A DNA stretch of 64,000 bases from Candidatus Bathyarchaeia archaeon (GTDB lineage Archaea > Thermoproteota > Bathyarchaeia > Bathyarchaeales > Bathycorpusculaceae). A program made the translations under genes and the position numbers. The DNA is taken from assembly GCA_049516875.1 (NCBI GenBank), contig JBEKSS010000012.1:8758-72757 (forward strand), in the 5' to 3' direction. Below the pieces are notes generated by a model. The model had not been told where the DNA came from. It searched no databases and saw only the letters and a list, made by a program, of their open reading frames with translations. Shown here piece after piece: positions 31,688 to 42,457 of this stretch; within the stretch, counting starts at the first letter, position 1, and every line of letters begins with the position of its first letter.

Positions 31688-32550
31688 CAGCCTTTCATAG
31701 CGCCGCCAATCGCGAATATGCAGCTCAGCCTTTCATTTCCAAGATTCTTTCCGAAACGCATTCGGATGCTTTTTGAATACTGTTCGAAACCGAACTCTTG
31801 AAGGATTTCGATAGTGCTTTTGTTCACAGCTGGAACCCCTAAATAGATACTCGTTTTTGAACCAAGTTTTTGCATGCATTTTGCCAAGAGGTCCCGCGCA
31901 GTCTGCGACTCTTCAGGATCGCAAACAAAGGGTCCCACATTGTACCCCTTTTCTGCTTTTCGACACATTATGTAACCAGTAATTTCGGAACCGTTGTATG
32001 ATGCAAAGCATAGGTTCGGATTTTCTTGGCAGAGGCTCGTCAGAACTCGAGTTCTGTTAGCTCCGAAGCATGCAGCATCAAACTCGGCGATTTCATCGAT
32101 CCTCTCCTTCTCTATAGGAGTTGCAGAATCGCTTTGAAGTGAAATAGTTGCTCTGCTTTTTCCCATGAATCTTAAAGAGTCAATTTCATCGAGGAACCCC
32201 AGTTTTCGATAAAGATCCGCTATTTCGGGAACAGCTTCCAGCTTGACTGTTTCGACTCCGCAATGCACGAGATAGTCGATTGCCTTCTGGGTCAGCAGGG
32301 TTGCTATTCCCTTTTTTCTGTATTCGGCTTTGACGATGAGTAGGCCTATCCATCCTAGATTTCCATAGTTGACGGAGAACACGTGAGCCGCTCGTAAGCC
32401 TTTTACTTCAGCGATGAAACAGCCGTTTGGTTCATAATTGAACATGCATTTGATGTCAGATTTGCTGACGTTCCACTGCTCTCTCACCGTCATTTTATGC
32501 GCGAAATCTGTGTCCCTCTCCCTCAAGAGGCGAATCGAGAGATATTCCAT
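31687..32550 (-). CDS. Tandem GNAT acetyltransferase
   Basis: EYRKKGIA, LYRKLGF, FGANR, VGP. Confidence 0.85.
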   Translation of the reverse strand: MEYLSIRLLRERDTDFAHKMTVREQWNVSKSDIKCMFNYEPNGCFIAEVKGLRAAHVFSVNYGNLGWIGLLIVKAEYRKKGIATLLTQKAIDYLVHCGVETVKLEAVPEIADLYRKLGFLDEIDSLRFMGKSRATISLQSDSATPIEKERIDEIAEFDAACFGANRTRVLTSLCQENPNLCFASYNGSEITGYIMCRKAEKGYNVGPFVCDPEESQTARDLLAKCMQKLGSKTSIYLGVPAVNKSTIEILQEFGFEQYSKSIRMRFGKNLGNERLSCIFAIGGAMKG

Positions 32551-32644
32551 GTTAGCCGTCAAAAGGGAACTGAAAAGCGCATATAAGCCTTGTTCCAAAC
32601 GTTGACTTCGACTTTCTCTTTCTCAGACATGTACAGCGTGTATC

Positions 32645-33775
32645 TTAGCGTTTGATGTGGTACTTCTCTATCGTGTTTCTGGCTTTTTCCCTTTTCTTCT
32701 GGTGTTCAGCAAGAAATCTGTTGATTCGTTCTGTCAATTCCTTCTTGCATTCGCCGCACAATATTCCGCCAGTCCTGCATTGTTTCTCTCTTTCTGCAAG
32801 CTTCTTGTCGTCTTCTTCGAACAGGTAGAGGAAGTACTGGTAGACCGAGCAGATATCTGGGTTCGCGCCTTCCTTTCTCTGTTCTGCTACAGTTCCTTTT
32901 CCGCCTGTGAAAGCGTTCCAGACTTTTCTCTTCACAACATCAGGTGGGTCAATGGTGAATATCGCTGTGTCCGGTTCTGAAGCGCTCATTTTTCCTCCTA
33001 TTCCCAGCCCAGGTAAGAAGCGATTGTGAATTTGCGCTGGCTTGAAGTAGCCGAGTTTTGAAGCAATGTCGCGGGTGATTCGCCAGAAGGGATCTTGATC
33101 TATGGCCGCGGGGATTAGAGCCGGAACGTTTTCTCCTGTCAGTTTCTTATGTATGAAGCATGGAGCCGCCTGCACAGCCGGCCAGAAAACCCATCCGAGG
33201 TTCGTGCTCTCCTGAAATCCGAAAGTGGCTTTGGCCGTTGAGTAGGTTATTCGCTTGGCAACTTCCAACGCAATGTCGTAGAGCAGGTCAATGTCTTGAA
33301 CGTCGTAGATTATGAACGTGTTCTCCGGCTTAAAACCTAGCGCAACCAGGTCCAAGGCGTTATCGTAACCCATTTCTGTGGTTTCTGCAAGCTTGCGTTC
33401 ATCATCTACGACGAATTTCTCGTCATCAGTCATCTGAAAATAAAGCCTAGTGTCAAACGCGTCCTGCAAATGTTTCGTAAAAATCCACGGAACAAGATGC
33501 CCTATGTGAACCGGACCCGATGGACCTCGGCCAGTGTACAACACAAACTTGGTCCCTTTCTCATACAAGTCTAAGACAACATCCAAGTCACGGTGGGAAA
33601 AGAACAGTTCTCTCCGCAGTTGGAAATGAACCCCACCCGTGTATTTTGCCAGTCTCCGCAACAATTCGTTGGTCAAAGGCTGAGTTCCGAACTCACGTAT
33701 CAAACGCTCATAGTCGACTTTTCCCCGAACTTCCCACGGAGTGACGATCATCTCGTTTTTTTCTTCATCAGTCAA
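32645..33775 (-). CDS. trpS: Tryptophanyl-tRNA synthetase
   Basis: YTGRGPS, HIGH, IDQDP, KMSAS. Confidence 0.97.
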   Translation of the reverse strand: MTDEEKNEMIVTPWEVRGKVDYERLIREFGTQPLTNELLRRLAKYTGGVHFQLRRELFFSHRDLDVVLDLYEKGTKFVLYTGRGPSGPVHIGHLVPWIFTKHLQDAFDTRLYFQMTDDEKFVVDDERKLAETTEMGYDNALDLVALGFKPENTFIIYDVQDIDLLYDIALEVAKRITYSTAKATFGFQESTNLGWVFWPAVQAAPCFIHKKLTGENVPALIPAAIDQDPFWRITRDIASKLGYFKPAQIHNRFLPGLGIGGKMSASEPDTAIFTIDPPDVVKRKVWNAFTGGKGTVAEQRKEGANPDICSVYQYFLYLFEEDDKKLAEREKQCRTGGILCGECKKELTERINRFLAEHQKKREKARNTIEKYHIKR

Positions 33776-34123
33776 ACCTAAACCGCCTAGTCAGTCATGG
33801 CTCCCTATACAATTCAACGAAAGCATATTAAATCTTGTGCGCACATGCGCTTCTCAAAAGGCACATTCGCGCCATACATCAACGCCATACATCAAACAAG
33901 ACAGCCATCACAATTGCAGTCTGCTGTTCGTGGAACAGAACAAGATATAAATACAGTTTCCACGTTTTTGATTGCGGAAGGTCAAGTGATGCCCTGCCAA
34001 TTTACCTAGAATGTCAAGCTCTTTCTGCCCAAAAGTTATCGGAGAACACGCATACTTTTATTGAAACACCAACAACTACATTACGAAAAGTCCAGTCTAT
34101 CATGTTTGTGAAGGGGAAACATC

Positions 34124-35635
34124 ATGGTTGAATTGAGGGAAAACGAACGTCGAACGCTTTCAACGCTGGACACACTCGGCGGAGACGCGACCGCAGAGCG
34201 ACTCATGAAGGAGAGCGGATTGTCGGACGCAGCAATAATGCGTGCCGCCATCACTTTGCAAGAAAAGGGATTTGTGAAAATTCACGAACAGAAAGAGTCT
34301 CTTCTAAAGCTCAATGCAGAAGGGAGACTTCACGCAAGAAAAGGCCTGCCGGAACGGCGCCTCATAAACGCTCTGGAAAGTCTCGGCGGAAAGGCTCCAC
34401 GCCAAAGCGCCTTTGAAAAAGCAGGCTTGGAAAAGCAATTTATTCCCATAGCGCTCGGCTGGGCCCAGAGAAAAAAATGGACAACACTGGACACGAGAGC
34501 AGACACGTTGCAGTCAATCATGAAGCCTGAAGCAGGCAACGATGAAAGATTGCTGCAACTCCTGAACACAGAAGAAAAGGCGACAGTTGAAAAACTGAAC
34601 CCTGAACTTCAAGAAACGGTGCAAGTCCTCAAAGGCAGAAAACTCCTTGACGTAGAAGTAAGGACAAAACGCATCATTGAGTTGACACCTGCCGGCAGGG
34701 AAACATTGAAAAAAGGAACAAAGGAAACACCTGAACTAACCCAGTTGACGCAGGAACTTATTGTCAGCGGAAAATGGAAGAGGGCGAAGCTTCAAAAATA
34801 CAACATAGAAGCACCAGTGGCCAGGACTTGGCCAGGCAAGAAGCATCCCTACCTGCAATTCCTCGAAGAAGTAAGAGATAAGCTTGTCACTTTAGGGTTC
34901 AAGGAGATGGTTGGCACTGCTGTTGAAACGTCCTTCTTCAACTTCGACGCCCTTTACACGCCTCAAGATCACCCAGCTCGCGAAGCATCAGGCATATACT
35001 TTGTCAAGTCGCCAAAGGAAGGGAGCATAAACGCTCCAAAGAAAATCCTTGCCAACGTGAGGGAGACTCATGAAAACGGCTGGAAAACAGGCTCCACGGG
35101 CTGGAAGTACAAGTACTCTTTGAACGAGGCCAAGCGCTTGATTCTGCGAGGACACGGAACGTGCCTCAGCGCCAGAACGCTGTTGAGCAAGGACCTGCAG
35201 GTTCCGAGCAGATACTTCTCAATCGTTCGATGCTACAGGCCGGAGATAGTGGACAAGACGCATCTGACAGAGTTCAATCAGGTTGAAGGCATAATCATCG
35301 ACAAGGATCTGACATTGCGCGATTTGCTGGGTGTGCTTGGAAAATTCGCCACTGAAATGGCTGGTGCGGACAAGGTCAAATTCAGGCCGGACTACTTTCC
35401 CTTCACCGAGCCAAGTGTCGAACTGGCAGCATACAGGAAGGGTTACGGGTGGATAGAGTTTGGCGGTTCGGGAATCTTCAGACCTGAGGTTACAATGCCC
35501 TTTGGCATTAAGGAACCCGTTATCGCCTGGGGTTTAGGCATTGACCGTCTGTTCATGATGAGGGCCAGGATAGAGGAGATACGTTACATTTTCACTCAAG
35601 ACTTGGACTGGATAAGGAAGAAAGCGGTGGTCTAG
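34124..35635 (+). CDS. pheS: Phenylalanyl-tRNA synthetase alpha subunit
   Basis: NFDAL..PQDHPAR, EFNQVEG, FPFTEPS, AWGLGIDR. Confidence 0.97.
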   Translation: MVELRENERRTLSTLDTLGGDATAERLMKESGLSDAAIMRAAITLQEKGFVKIHEQKESLLKLNAEGRLHARKGLPERRLINALESLGGKAPRQSAFEKAGLEKQFIPIALGWAQRKKWTTLDTRADTLQSIMKPEAGNDERLLQLLNTEEKATVEKLNPELQETVQVLKGRKLLDVEVRTKRIIELTPAGRETLKKGTKETPELTQLTQELIVSGKWKRAKLQKYNIEAPVARTWPGKKHPYLQFLEEVRDKLVTLGFKEMVGTAVETSFFNFDALYTPQDHPAREASGIYFVKSPKEGSINAPKKILANVRETHENGWKTGSTGWKYKYSLNEAKRLILRGHGTCLSARTLLSKDLQVPSRYFSIVRCYRPEIVDKTHLTEFNQVEGIIIDKDLTLRDLLGVLGKFATEMAGADKVKFRPDYFPFTEPSVELAAYRKGYGWIEFGGSGIFRPEVTMPFGIKEPVIAWGLGIDRLFMMRARIEEIRYIFTQDLDWIRKKAVV

Positions 35636-37333
35636 ATGCCGACAATAGACATAGACTATGCAGAGTTTGAAAAACTGCTTGGAATCGAATTGCACAAAGA
35701 CTTGGACAAAATCAATGACGTACTGGCTTTTGTCAAGGGAGAAGCGAAGCTCTTCGACGAAAAAGAAGGCACGATGAGCGTTGAAATAAAGGACACGAAT
35801 CGGCCGGACATCTGGAACGTTGAGGGCTTGGTCAGAGCTTTGCGAGGGTTCCTAGGCATTCAAGAAGGCTTAAAGGAGTACACGGTTGGCAAGAAGTCAG
35901 GCGAGGTTCACGTTGGCCAAAGACTGGAAAACATACGTCCTTACATCGGCTGTTCAATAGTCAAGAATCTGAAGTTGACGGACAGCATAATTCGCGGCTT
36001 CATGCACATGCAGGACAAGCTTGATCAGACTTACGGAAGAAACAGACGACGAACATCAATTGGACTTTACAACCTAGACTTGATCAAACTGCCACTGCAG
36101 TACACCGTCGCAAAGCCAAACGAAGTCAGCTTCGTGCCACTAGGCTTCACAGAAGAGATGAGTCTAAAAGAAATACTCGCTCGTCATCCGAGGGGTCTTG
36201 AGTACGGGCACATAGTGCGCAAACACCAGGTATACCCCATTCTTCTAGATGCAGAGGATAAGCCTCTCTCGTTCCCGCCAATAATCAACTCGAACGATCT
36301 CGGAAGAGTTACAGAGGATACAAAGAACATTCTCGTCGAAGTTACTGGGACAATGGATGAAGCTGTGCTCAATACCCTGAAAATCGTCACTCTGTCCCTA
36401 ATCGACCGTGGAGGCGAAGCCTACGCCGCCAAAATCCACTATCCGCACAGGCACGTGGATACAATGACGCCCAATTTCGACACCAGCAAGATGGATCTGA
36501 ATGTTGCCTATACTAACAGGGTGCTAGGTTTGCAGCTTAAGCCCAAACAGATTGCACAAATGCTTCGCAGGGCAGGTCATGGTACTGAAGAAACGAAGAA
36601 AAACGAAGTGCACGTGCAGATTCCCTGTTACAGAATCGACGTCATGCATCCCATAGACCTCGTCGAAGACGTAGCAATAGCCTACGATTACAACAACATC
36701 AAACCATTGTGGCGTGAAATGCCCACAACCGGCCGAGTAAGGCCTGAACAAGGATTAATTGATGTTGCGAGAGAGCTGATGGTTGGACTTGGATTTCAAG
36801 AGGTGCTAAGCTACACTCTTACGAACCCTGAAAACCTGTTCAAAAAAATGAACTGCAAGAAAGAGAGAATAGTTGAGGTATCCAACCCTAAAGTCATAAC
36901 GCTAACTTGCCTGAGAAACTGGCTGTTACCAAGCCTCATTGAATTTGTAAGCAACAACCTGCATGTTGAATGCCCACAGAAACTCTTCGAACTCGGCAAA
37001 GTCACCCTTCTAGATGAGAAGAAGGAAACGAGAACTAGGGACGAAGATAGGCTTGCCGCAATCATCTACGATGCAAACGCCAGCTTCACCCAAGCAAAAT
37101 CAACCCTGGAAGCCTTCATGATGAACTTCGGGTTGGAATGGCAAATAAAAGAAACAGAACATCCAAGCTTCATAAACGGCAGAGCAGGCAAGGCAATCGT
37201 TAAAGGAACAGAAGTTGGAATCCTAGGCGAAATCAACCCAAAAGTCTTGGAAACATGGAAACTGGAAAACCCCGCAGCGGCTTTCGAGCTAGACGTTGAA
37301 AAGATGATCAAGATCAAGCAAAAAGAACAGTAA
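35636..37333 (+). CDS. pheT: Phenylalanyl-tRNA synthetase beta subunit
   Basis: MPTI, NRPD, SFPPIINS, R.DVMHPIDLVED. Confidence 0.97.
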   Translation: MPTIDIDYAEFEKLLGIELHKDLDKINDVLAFVKGEAKLFDEKEGTMSVEIKDTNRPDIWNVEGLVRALRGFLGIQEGLKEYTVGKKSGEVHVGQRLENIRPYIGCSIVKNLKLTDSIIRGFMHMQDKLDQTYGRNRRRTSIGLYNLDLIKLPLQYTVAKPNEVSFVPLGFTEEMSLKEILARHPRGLEYGHIVRKHQVYPILLDAEDKPLSFPPIINSNDLGRVTEDTKNILVEVTGTMDEAVLNTLKIVTLSLIDRGGEAYAAKIHYPHRHVDTMTPNFDTSKMDLNVAYTNRVLGLQLKPKQIAQMLRRAGHGTEETKKNEVHVQIPCYRIDVMHPIDLVEDVAIAYDYNNIKPLWREMPTTGRVRPEQGLIDVARELMVGLGFQEVLSYTLTNPENLFKKMNCKKERIVEVSNPKVITLTCLRNWLLPSLIEFVSNNLHVECPQKLFELGKVTLLDEKKETRTRDEDRLAAIIYDANASFTQAKSTLEAFMMNFGLEWQIKETEHPSFINGRAGKAIVKGTEVGILGEINPKVLETWKLENPAAAFELDVEKMIKIKQKEQ

Positions 37334-37393
37334 TGTTGCTCTTTCGAAACTCACATTTCTCCGGTGTTTGAAACAAGACGTATCTTAGCGTCT

Positions 37394-37981
37394 TCAGAGT
37401 ACGTATCTCATCACAGGCCGAGTTTTTGACCGGCGAGCGACCTCCACAAACCCAGCCTTGCGGAAAGCTGAGACGAGGCCAGTGTAGACGAAAGGATCTG
37501 GAGGTGTCCAATCTTTCTTGGGTTCAACTGGATATCCTTCAACGATATCGCCACCTTGTTTTTTCACATAATCAACAGCCGCGGTCAACAGTCTCACGCT
37601 CATTCCCTTTCGTCTGAATGGTTTTGCAACAAAGAAGCACACAACTGACCATGCAGGCTTATTATCAATCCGGCTGAGTATCTTGGACCGCTCCAATCTT
37701 GGGAAAGTCTCTCGTAGCGCAACGGCACACCATCCTATCGGCTGGCCTTCTGCATAGGCGAGGATTCCGGGAACCTTGTCGGAATCCACCAGGTTTTTCA
37801 AAGCTTTCCTGTTCATTTCACCTCGCTGCCGCATGAAATCTGAGCGGGCTAATCTCCAATACATGCACCAACAACCTCCACATGCCCCGCGCTGACCGAA
37901 CAACTTCTCAAGATCAACCCATCTCTCTTGTGTCAACGGATGAAACTCCAGACCTGAAACCTCTCTTTCCTTTGATAACAC
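37394..37981 (-). CDS. GNAT acetyltransferase
   Basis: GACGGCWC, CFFV..FRRKG, EGYP, GF.EV. Confidence 0.85.
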   Translation of the reverse strand: MLSKEREVSGLEFHPLTQERWVDLEKLFGQRGACGGCWCMYWRLARSDFMRQRGEMNRKALKNLVDSDKVPGILAYAEGQPIGWCAVALRETFPRLERSKILSRIDNKPAWSVVCFFVAKPFRRKGMSVRLLTAAVDYVKKQGGDIVEGYPVEPKKDWTPPDPFVYTGLVSAFRKAGFVEVARRSKTRPVMRYVL

Positions 37982-38146
37982 TTTATATCCCCAATTGCCC
38001 GTTAGATGCTGAATCATTTGAGACTAATGAATCACACATTCCAGTTTTTATGGCTTATGCAGGAGCTCGGGACCCTATCTGTTTAGACAAATCATGCAAG
38101 AATGAGGTTATCTCCCGCAAATCCCTTTTTTTACTGTTTGGAGAGT

Positions 38147-40930
38147 TTAGAGATCCGTGCGCGACGCACGCGATAGTTTACGTGTCAGCATTTTTCTTAG
38201 CTCCTCCAGCAGAAGAGCCGCGGGGGCTAGCAGAAGAAGGAAGAGTAGGTCCAACGGAAGTAGTGGGGCTGTGCCGAACAACGGCTGAAGGAACGGTACG
38301 TATACGATCGTTGCCATTATAGCGAATTGACCCAGTATCCCTAGGAAAATCCATCTGTTTCTGAACGGACTTAGCCGAAATGCTGATAGTGAACTCGTTC
38401 GTGCGGAAAAGAGGTTCCCAAGCTGACCCATCATTATCCCTGCCATGACTATCGTCGTACCTCTCGCATATACCATGGCATCGCTCACGGTGCTCTGGCC
38501 CAAAACCCATCCTCCAATCCCCCAAACGTGGAAGGCCCAGCAGATCGCACCAGCCGATACAGCCACGCCTACATAGAGGCCTTTGAGTAATGTCGAAACA
38601 TTGATCAGTCTGGTGCCAGTCTTTCTGGGGGGCTTCATCATAACGTCGGGCTCGGGAGGCTCCATTATCAGGGCAAGGGAAGGAAGGACGTCCATCCCCA
38701 GGTCTATCGCGAGCACCTGGATAACAAGCAGCGGAAGCGGGGTCTGGAGTAGTACAAAGACGACGAACGCGACTAGTTCAGCCCAGTTATGCGTGTAGAC
38801 ATAGTAAACGAATTTCCTTAGGTTGTCAAAAGTTGATCTTCCCAGCTTGACCCCTTCGATAATCGATGTGAAATCATTGTCCAGAAGCACCATATCAGCG
38901 GATTCTCGTGCCACATCGGTTCCACCTGCCCCCATGGCTATGCCCACATTTGCTTCAGTAAGCGCGGGGGAGTCATTCACGCCATCCCCAGTCACTGCCA
39001 CTACTTCACCCATGGATTTCAGGATGTGAACTATCCTTAGCTTCTGTTCTGGCGCTATCCTCGCAAACACGGACTCGCCTCTGACGAGGATGTCTGTTAG
39101 GTCTTTGTCACTCATCTGGCCTAGTTCTTTTCCAGTGTAGACTTCCTGATCCTCTGACGTTATGATGCCCACTTTTTTTGCTATGGAATATGCAGTAAGT
39201 TCGTGATCTCCCGTCAGCATAATGACTCGAATGCCCGCGCTCTTGGCTTCCTGAACAGCAGCCTCTACCTTTGGTCTCGGCGGATCGAGTAACGCTGCCA
39301 AACCCAGAAAGGTCATGTTTTCTTCGACACCTTGGGATAGATTTTCAGGTTCGTTTGGGAGAGCTCTTGTTGCCATTGCGAGAACTCGAAAGCCTTCTGA
39401 AGCAAAATCATTCATTTGTTTTGTTACGGCTTTTTTGATCTCGTCTGTGAGAAGGATGCATTTTTTGTCATAGAAAACATTAGTGCATCGTCTAAGCACT
39501 TCCAAGCCGGCTCCCTTGGTAAAAGCGGTTATCTTTCCCTCTGGACCCCTGTGAACACTCGTCATCATTCGCCTCTTAGAATCAAATGGAATCAGGCCAA
39601 TTCTCTGATTTCCCGCGAGAGCTTTACTGACGTTGAAATCCCCCTTTCCAGCGAAGACGAGAAACGCCCCATCAGTGGGATCTCCCAAAACCGTCCATCT
39701 GCCAATTCTGTCCGACGGTGGGTTCAGTTTGGCATTGTTGCAGAAAGCACCAACCTCCAAAAGCTTAGAGACGGCGGGGTCCTCACTACGACCGATTCTT
39801 CTGCCATTGAAGGTGATATGGCCATCTGGACTGTATCCGTCACCAGTGACTTCAAAAATCTCGTCTGCAGCCCAAAGTTTCTTCACCATCATCTCTCCAC
39901 TCGTAATCGTGCCCGTCTTGTCCACACATAACACAGTCATTGACCCAGCCGTTTCAACAGAGGAAAGTCGTTTTACGACAACATTTCTCTCAGCCATCCT
40001 ACGAGCAGTCAGAGCTAGCGAAAGAGAGACAGTCAGCTGGAAGCCCTCTGGTACTAGACATATCATCACGCCAATTGCGAATAGTATACTCGTGGCGAGG
40101 TTCAGTTTAACAAACAACAAAGCTGCCGAAAAGAAGATTAGACTCACACCAATCGCCAACAGGAAATTCAGTCTAGCGGTGTAGTCAATATCCCTCTCAA
40201 GTGGGCTCATAGGTTCATGCACTTCGCCGGATAAGGAAACAATTCTCCCGAACTCTGTATCCTTTGCTGTTGACAACACAACACCTCTGGCGACTCCTGA
40301 AACCAGAGTGGTTCCAGCAAAGAGAATGTTGTGCACATCATAAGGAGTGTTTGTCTCCATCTCCGGAGACATCGTAGCAAATCGCCTTTGAGGGTCAGAC
40401 TCTCCTGTCAATATCGAGTTGTCAACAGAAACCTCAAATGCACTGATTAACCGCAGGTCAGCTGGCACTCTATCTCCCTCCTCGAAAGCCAAAATATCTC
40501 CAGGAACAACATCGGTCACGTCAATTTCCCTCATTTGACCGTCTCTGATGGCCTTCGTCTTGGTGGGGATTAGGCTTCTTATCACCTGCACAGCCTTCTC
40601 GGCCCTATACTCTTGAAAAAGGCTGAAGATTGTGTTTAAAACAACTACGAAAAATATTGCAAGACCCATCTGAACTGAGGTTGGATCATTGGAGGTGAAG
40701 CCGCTTAGAAACGAGAGGAATGAAGCGACCAGCAGAAGGATGTTGAACATGTTCTTGAATTGTGAAATAATCTTCCTAGCCAAGCTGGTCTTCTTGCCCC
40801 TAGGAAGGACGTTCAAACCGGTCTTCAGAAGGCGGCGTTTCGCCTCTTCATCCGAAAGACCCTCAGGTCCAGTTTGAAGTTCTTTGAAGAGATCTTCGAT
40901 CTTGGCTAGAGCAGCTCTCCCATACGACAT
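38147..40930 (-). CDS. Cation-transporting P-type ATPase (type II)
   Basis: TGES, VPEG, DKTGT, GDPTD, GDGVND. Confidence 0.93.
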   Translation of the reverse strand: MSYGRAALAKIEDLFKELQTGPEGLSDEEAKRRLLKTGLNVLPRGKKTSLARKIISQFKNMFNILLLVASFLSFLSGFTSNDPTSVQMGLAIFFVVVLNTIFSLFQEYRAEKAVQVIRSLIPTKTKAIRDGQMREIDVTDVVPGDILAFEEGDRVPADLRLISAFEVSVDNSILTGESDPQRRFATMSPEMETNTPYDVHNILFAGTTLVSGVARGVVLSTAKDTEFGRIVSLSGEVHEPMSPLERDIDYTARLNFLLAIGVSLIFFSAALLFVKLNLATSILFAIGVMICLVPEGFQLTVSLSLALTARRMAERNVVVKRLSSVETAGSMTVLCVDKTGTITSGEMMVKKLWAADEIFEVTGDGYSPDGHITFNGRRIGRSEDPAVSKLLEVGAFCNNAKLNPPSDRIGRWTVLGDPTDGAFLVFAGKGDFNVSKALAGNQRIGLIPFDSKRRMMTSVHRGPEGKITAFTKGAGLEVLRRCTNVFYDKKCILLTDEIKKAVTKQMNDFASEGFRVLAMATRALPNEPENLSQGVEENMTFLGLAALLDPPRPKVEAAVQEAKSAGIRVIMLTGDHELTAYSIAKKVGIITSEDQEVYTGKELGQMSDKDLTDILVRGESVFARIAPEQKLRIVHILKSMGEVVAVTGDGVNDSPALTEANVGIAMGAGGTDVARESADMVLLDNDFTSIIEGVKLGRSTFDNLRKFVYYVYTHNWAELVAFVVFVLLQTPLPLLVIQVLAIDLGMDVLPSLALIMEPPEPDVMMKPPRKTGTRLINVSTLLKGLYVGVAVSAGAICWAFHVWGIGGWVLGQSTVSDAMVYARGTTIVMAGIMMGQLGNLFSARTSSLSAFRLSPFRNRWIFLGILGQFAIMATIVYVPFLQPLFGTAPLLPLDLLFLLLLAPAALLLEELRKMLTRKLSRASRTDL

Positions 40931-41152
40931 AAAGTTACCTCTTAAGAAAGGTATTATTAGATTGGAGGGAGACCAAGGAGAGACATACGCTTAGCCTTAT
41001 CACATTACTTTAGCCACAGCCATTCGCAAAAAGGGCTTATTAATCTTTCCGAAGTGTACCCAAGAAAGAGGTCTAGTAAACTGAGTATTCAAAAACCCAT
41101 AGGTTGCACGTGCGTGTGTGTACTCGGACCAGCCCTCGTATTATTCAAGACC

Positions 41153-41197
41153 CTGGTGGGTTTAAACCCGAGACAAATGGAGACATCTCCCGAAAAA
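41153..41197. repeat. Degenerate tRNA 3'-end-like direct repeat, copy 1
   Basis: GGGTTTAAACCCGAGACAAATGGAGACATCTCCCGAAAA, matches 42030-42068. Confidence 0.6.
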
Positions 41198-41310
41198 TCC
41201 CCCTTTTTCATAGCTTTAGAAATATAATGCATTACACGAGTGCATTGAAAGAGATGTCTTCGGCAAGCTCTTCTTGCTTATTGCATAAGACCAATGGGCA
41301 CTTTGCAGAT

Positions 41311-41859
41311 TCAAGAACGGATTTCTGTATCTTCTGTTGACTGCTTTTGACAGTAAGATCTGAATAGATTGTATCTCTGCAGGCGTGGCCAACCAGTCTT
41401 TGCGTAAATTAGTTTTTCTGGATTTCTCTTCAGCCAGTTCATCATGTGGAAGAAGCTCTTTGCTTTTTTCTCGTCTCTCTCTTTTATAGGCTCATAACCC
41501 AAGTTTCTGATTTCGTCAAGGTATGCTATTTCCGTAAGCCTCTGCGGTTCGCCGGTGACTGTGATTCTGTCGATTTGATTGTCGCCATACATCTCTCTTA
41601 GACCTTTTACCGCTTCGTCGAAGATGTAGCCTCTGCAGATTTGAATTCGTTCGTCTTTCTTGAGTCCGAGTTTACTCAATAGTTGAAACACGACTGTCGA
41701 AGCCTGCTTCAGGTACTCTTTTGATCGGAATCGCGGGTATCTGAAGTATTTGACATCCAAGACGTCGTATCTAAATTCCTGAGTCTCGCAGCGATAGGCA
41801 CCTATGACCACGCCAAAAAGCAGGTCGCCTATGCCAGCATCATCGACGATTATTGTCAG
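41311..41859 (-). CDS. RNase HII-fold-like hypothetical protein; probable CTG start
   Basis: Frame extends to LTIIVDDAGIGDLLFGVVIG, similar to the RNase HII D-E-A-G motif. Confidence 0.6.
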   Translation of the reverse strand: MTIIVDDAGIGDLLFGVVIGAYRCETQEFRYDVLDVKYFRYPRFRSKEYLKQASTVVFQLLSKLGLKKDERIQICRGYIFDEAVKGLREMYGDNQIDRITVTGEPQRLTEIAYLDEIRNLGYEPIKERDEKKAKSFFHMMNWLKRNPEKLIYAKTGWPRLQRYNLFRSYCQKQSTEDTEIRS

Positions 41860-42017
41860 TTAACGCCATCCCCTTCTGTAAGAGATAAATGAACTATACA
41901 CGCATCTATAAAAATGCCCCATATGTGTCTTATATCGTTTATTTCTCGGATTTCTTATCGCTCATACATGTGATGTCTATTCTCCCAAAAAGATCGGATT
42001 GTCCAGATGATGATGCA

Positions 42018-42068
42018 GTGGGATCGCTGGGATTTGAACTCAGGACAAATGGAGATATCTCCCGAAAA
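42018..42068 (-). repeat. tRNA 3'-half remnant (att-like), copy 2
   Basis: Reverse complement CCTGAGTTCAAATCCCAGCGATCCCAC is a T-arm plus acceptor 3' strand, with no 5' half. Confidence 0.7.
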
Positions 42069-42457
42069 CTCGCTTTAGACTCGACATTTTAGATATCTCC
42101 GATATACCATGAGCAACCAGACGCTTAGAAACAATATGCCGAAAGTGTAGCACAAGAATACAACTGGAAACGATAGTGCAAAAAGTTAAGGTGTGGGAGA
42201 TTTCTCCAGCACAATCCCTTTTTTCTCTTCGTTTTTGCCCTTTTTGAGTTTTCTTCTGAGAATCAACGGGTCAAACATACTTTACAAAGACGCAGAGAAC
42301 AATCTTCCACTATGAATTTCAGCAACTTTGTAAAGAAGAACTGGTTAGGCTTGCAGATTAGAGTGCGTCAATAGGCAATGCACCAAAACCAATAGAAGAT
42401 TTCTCCATAAGCTTTATCCTGTTCGTTGAACTAAACTGCAGCAGGAGAAGGGAGAAT

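Noticed and set aside
35630-35640. pheS-TAG-ATG-pheT amber readthrough fusion
   Set aside because: pheT has its own ATG and canonical MPTI start, and TAG is a common stop in this window.
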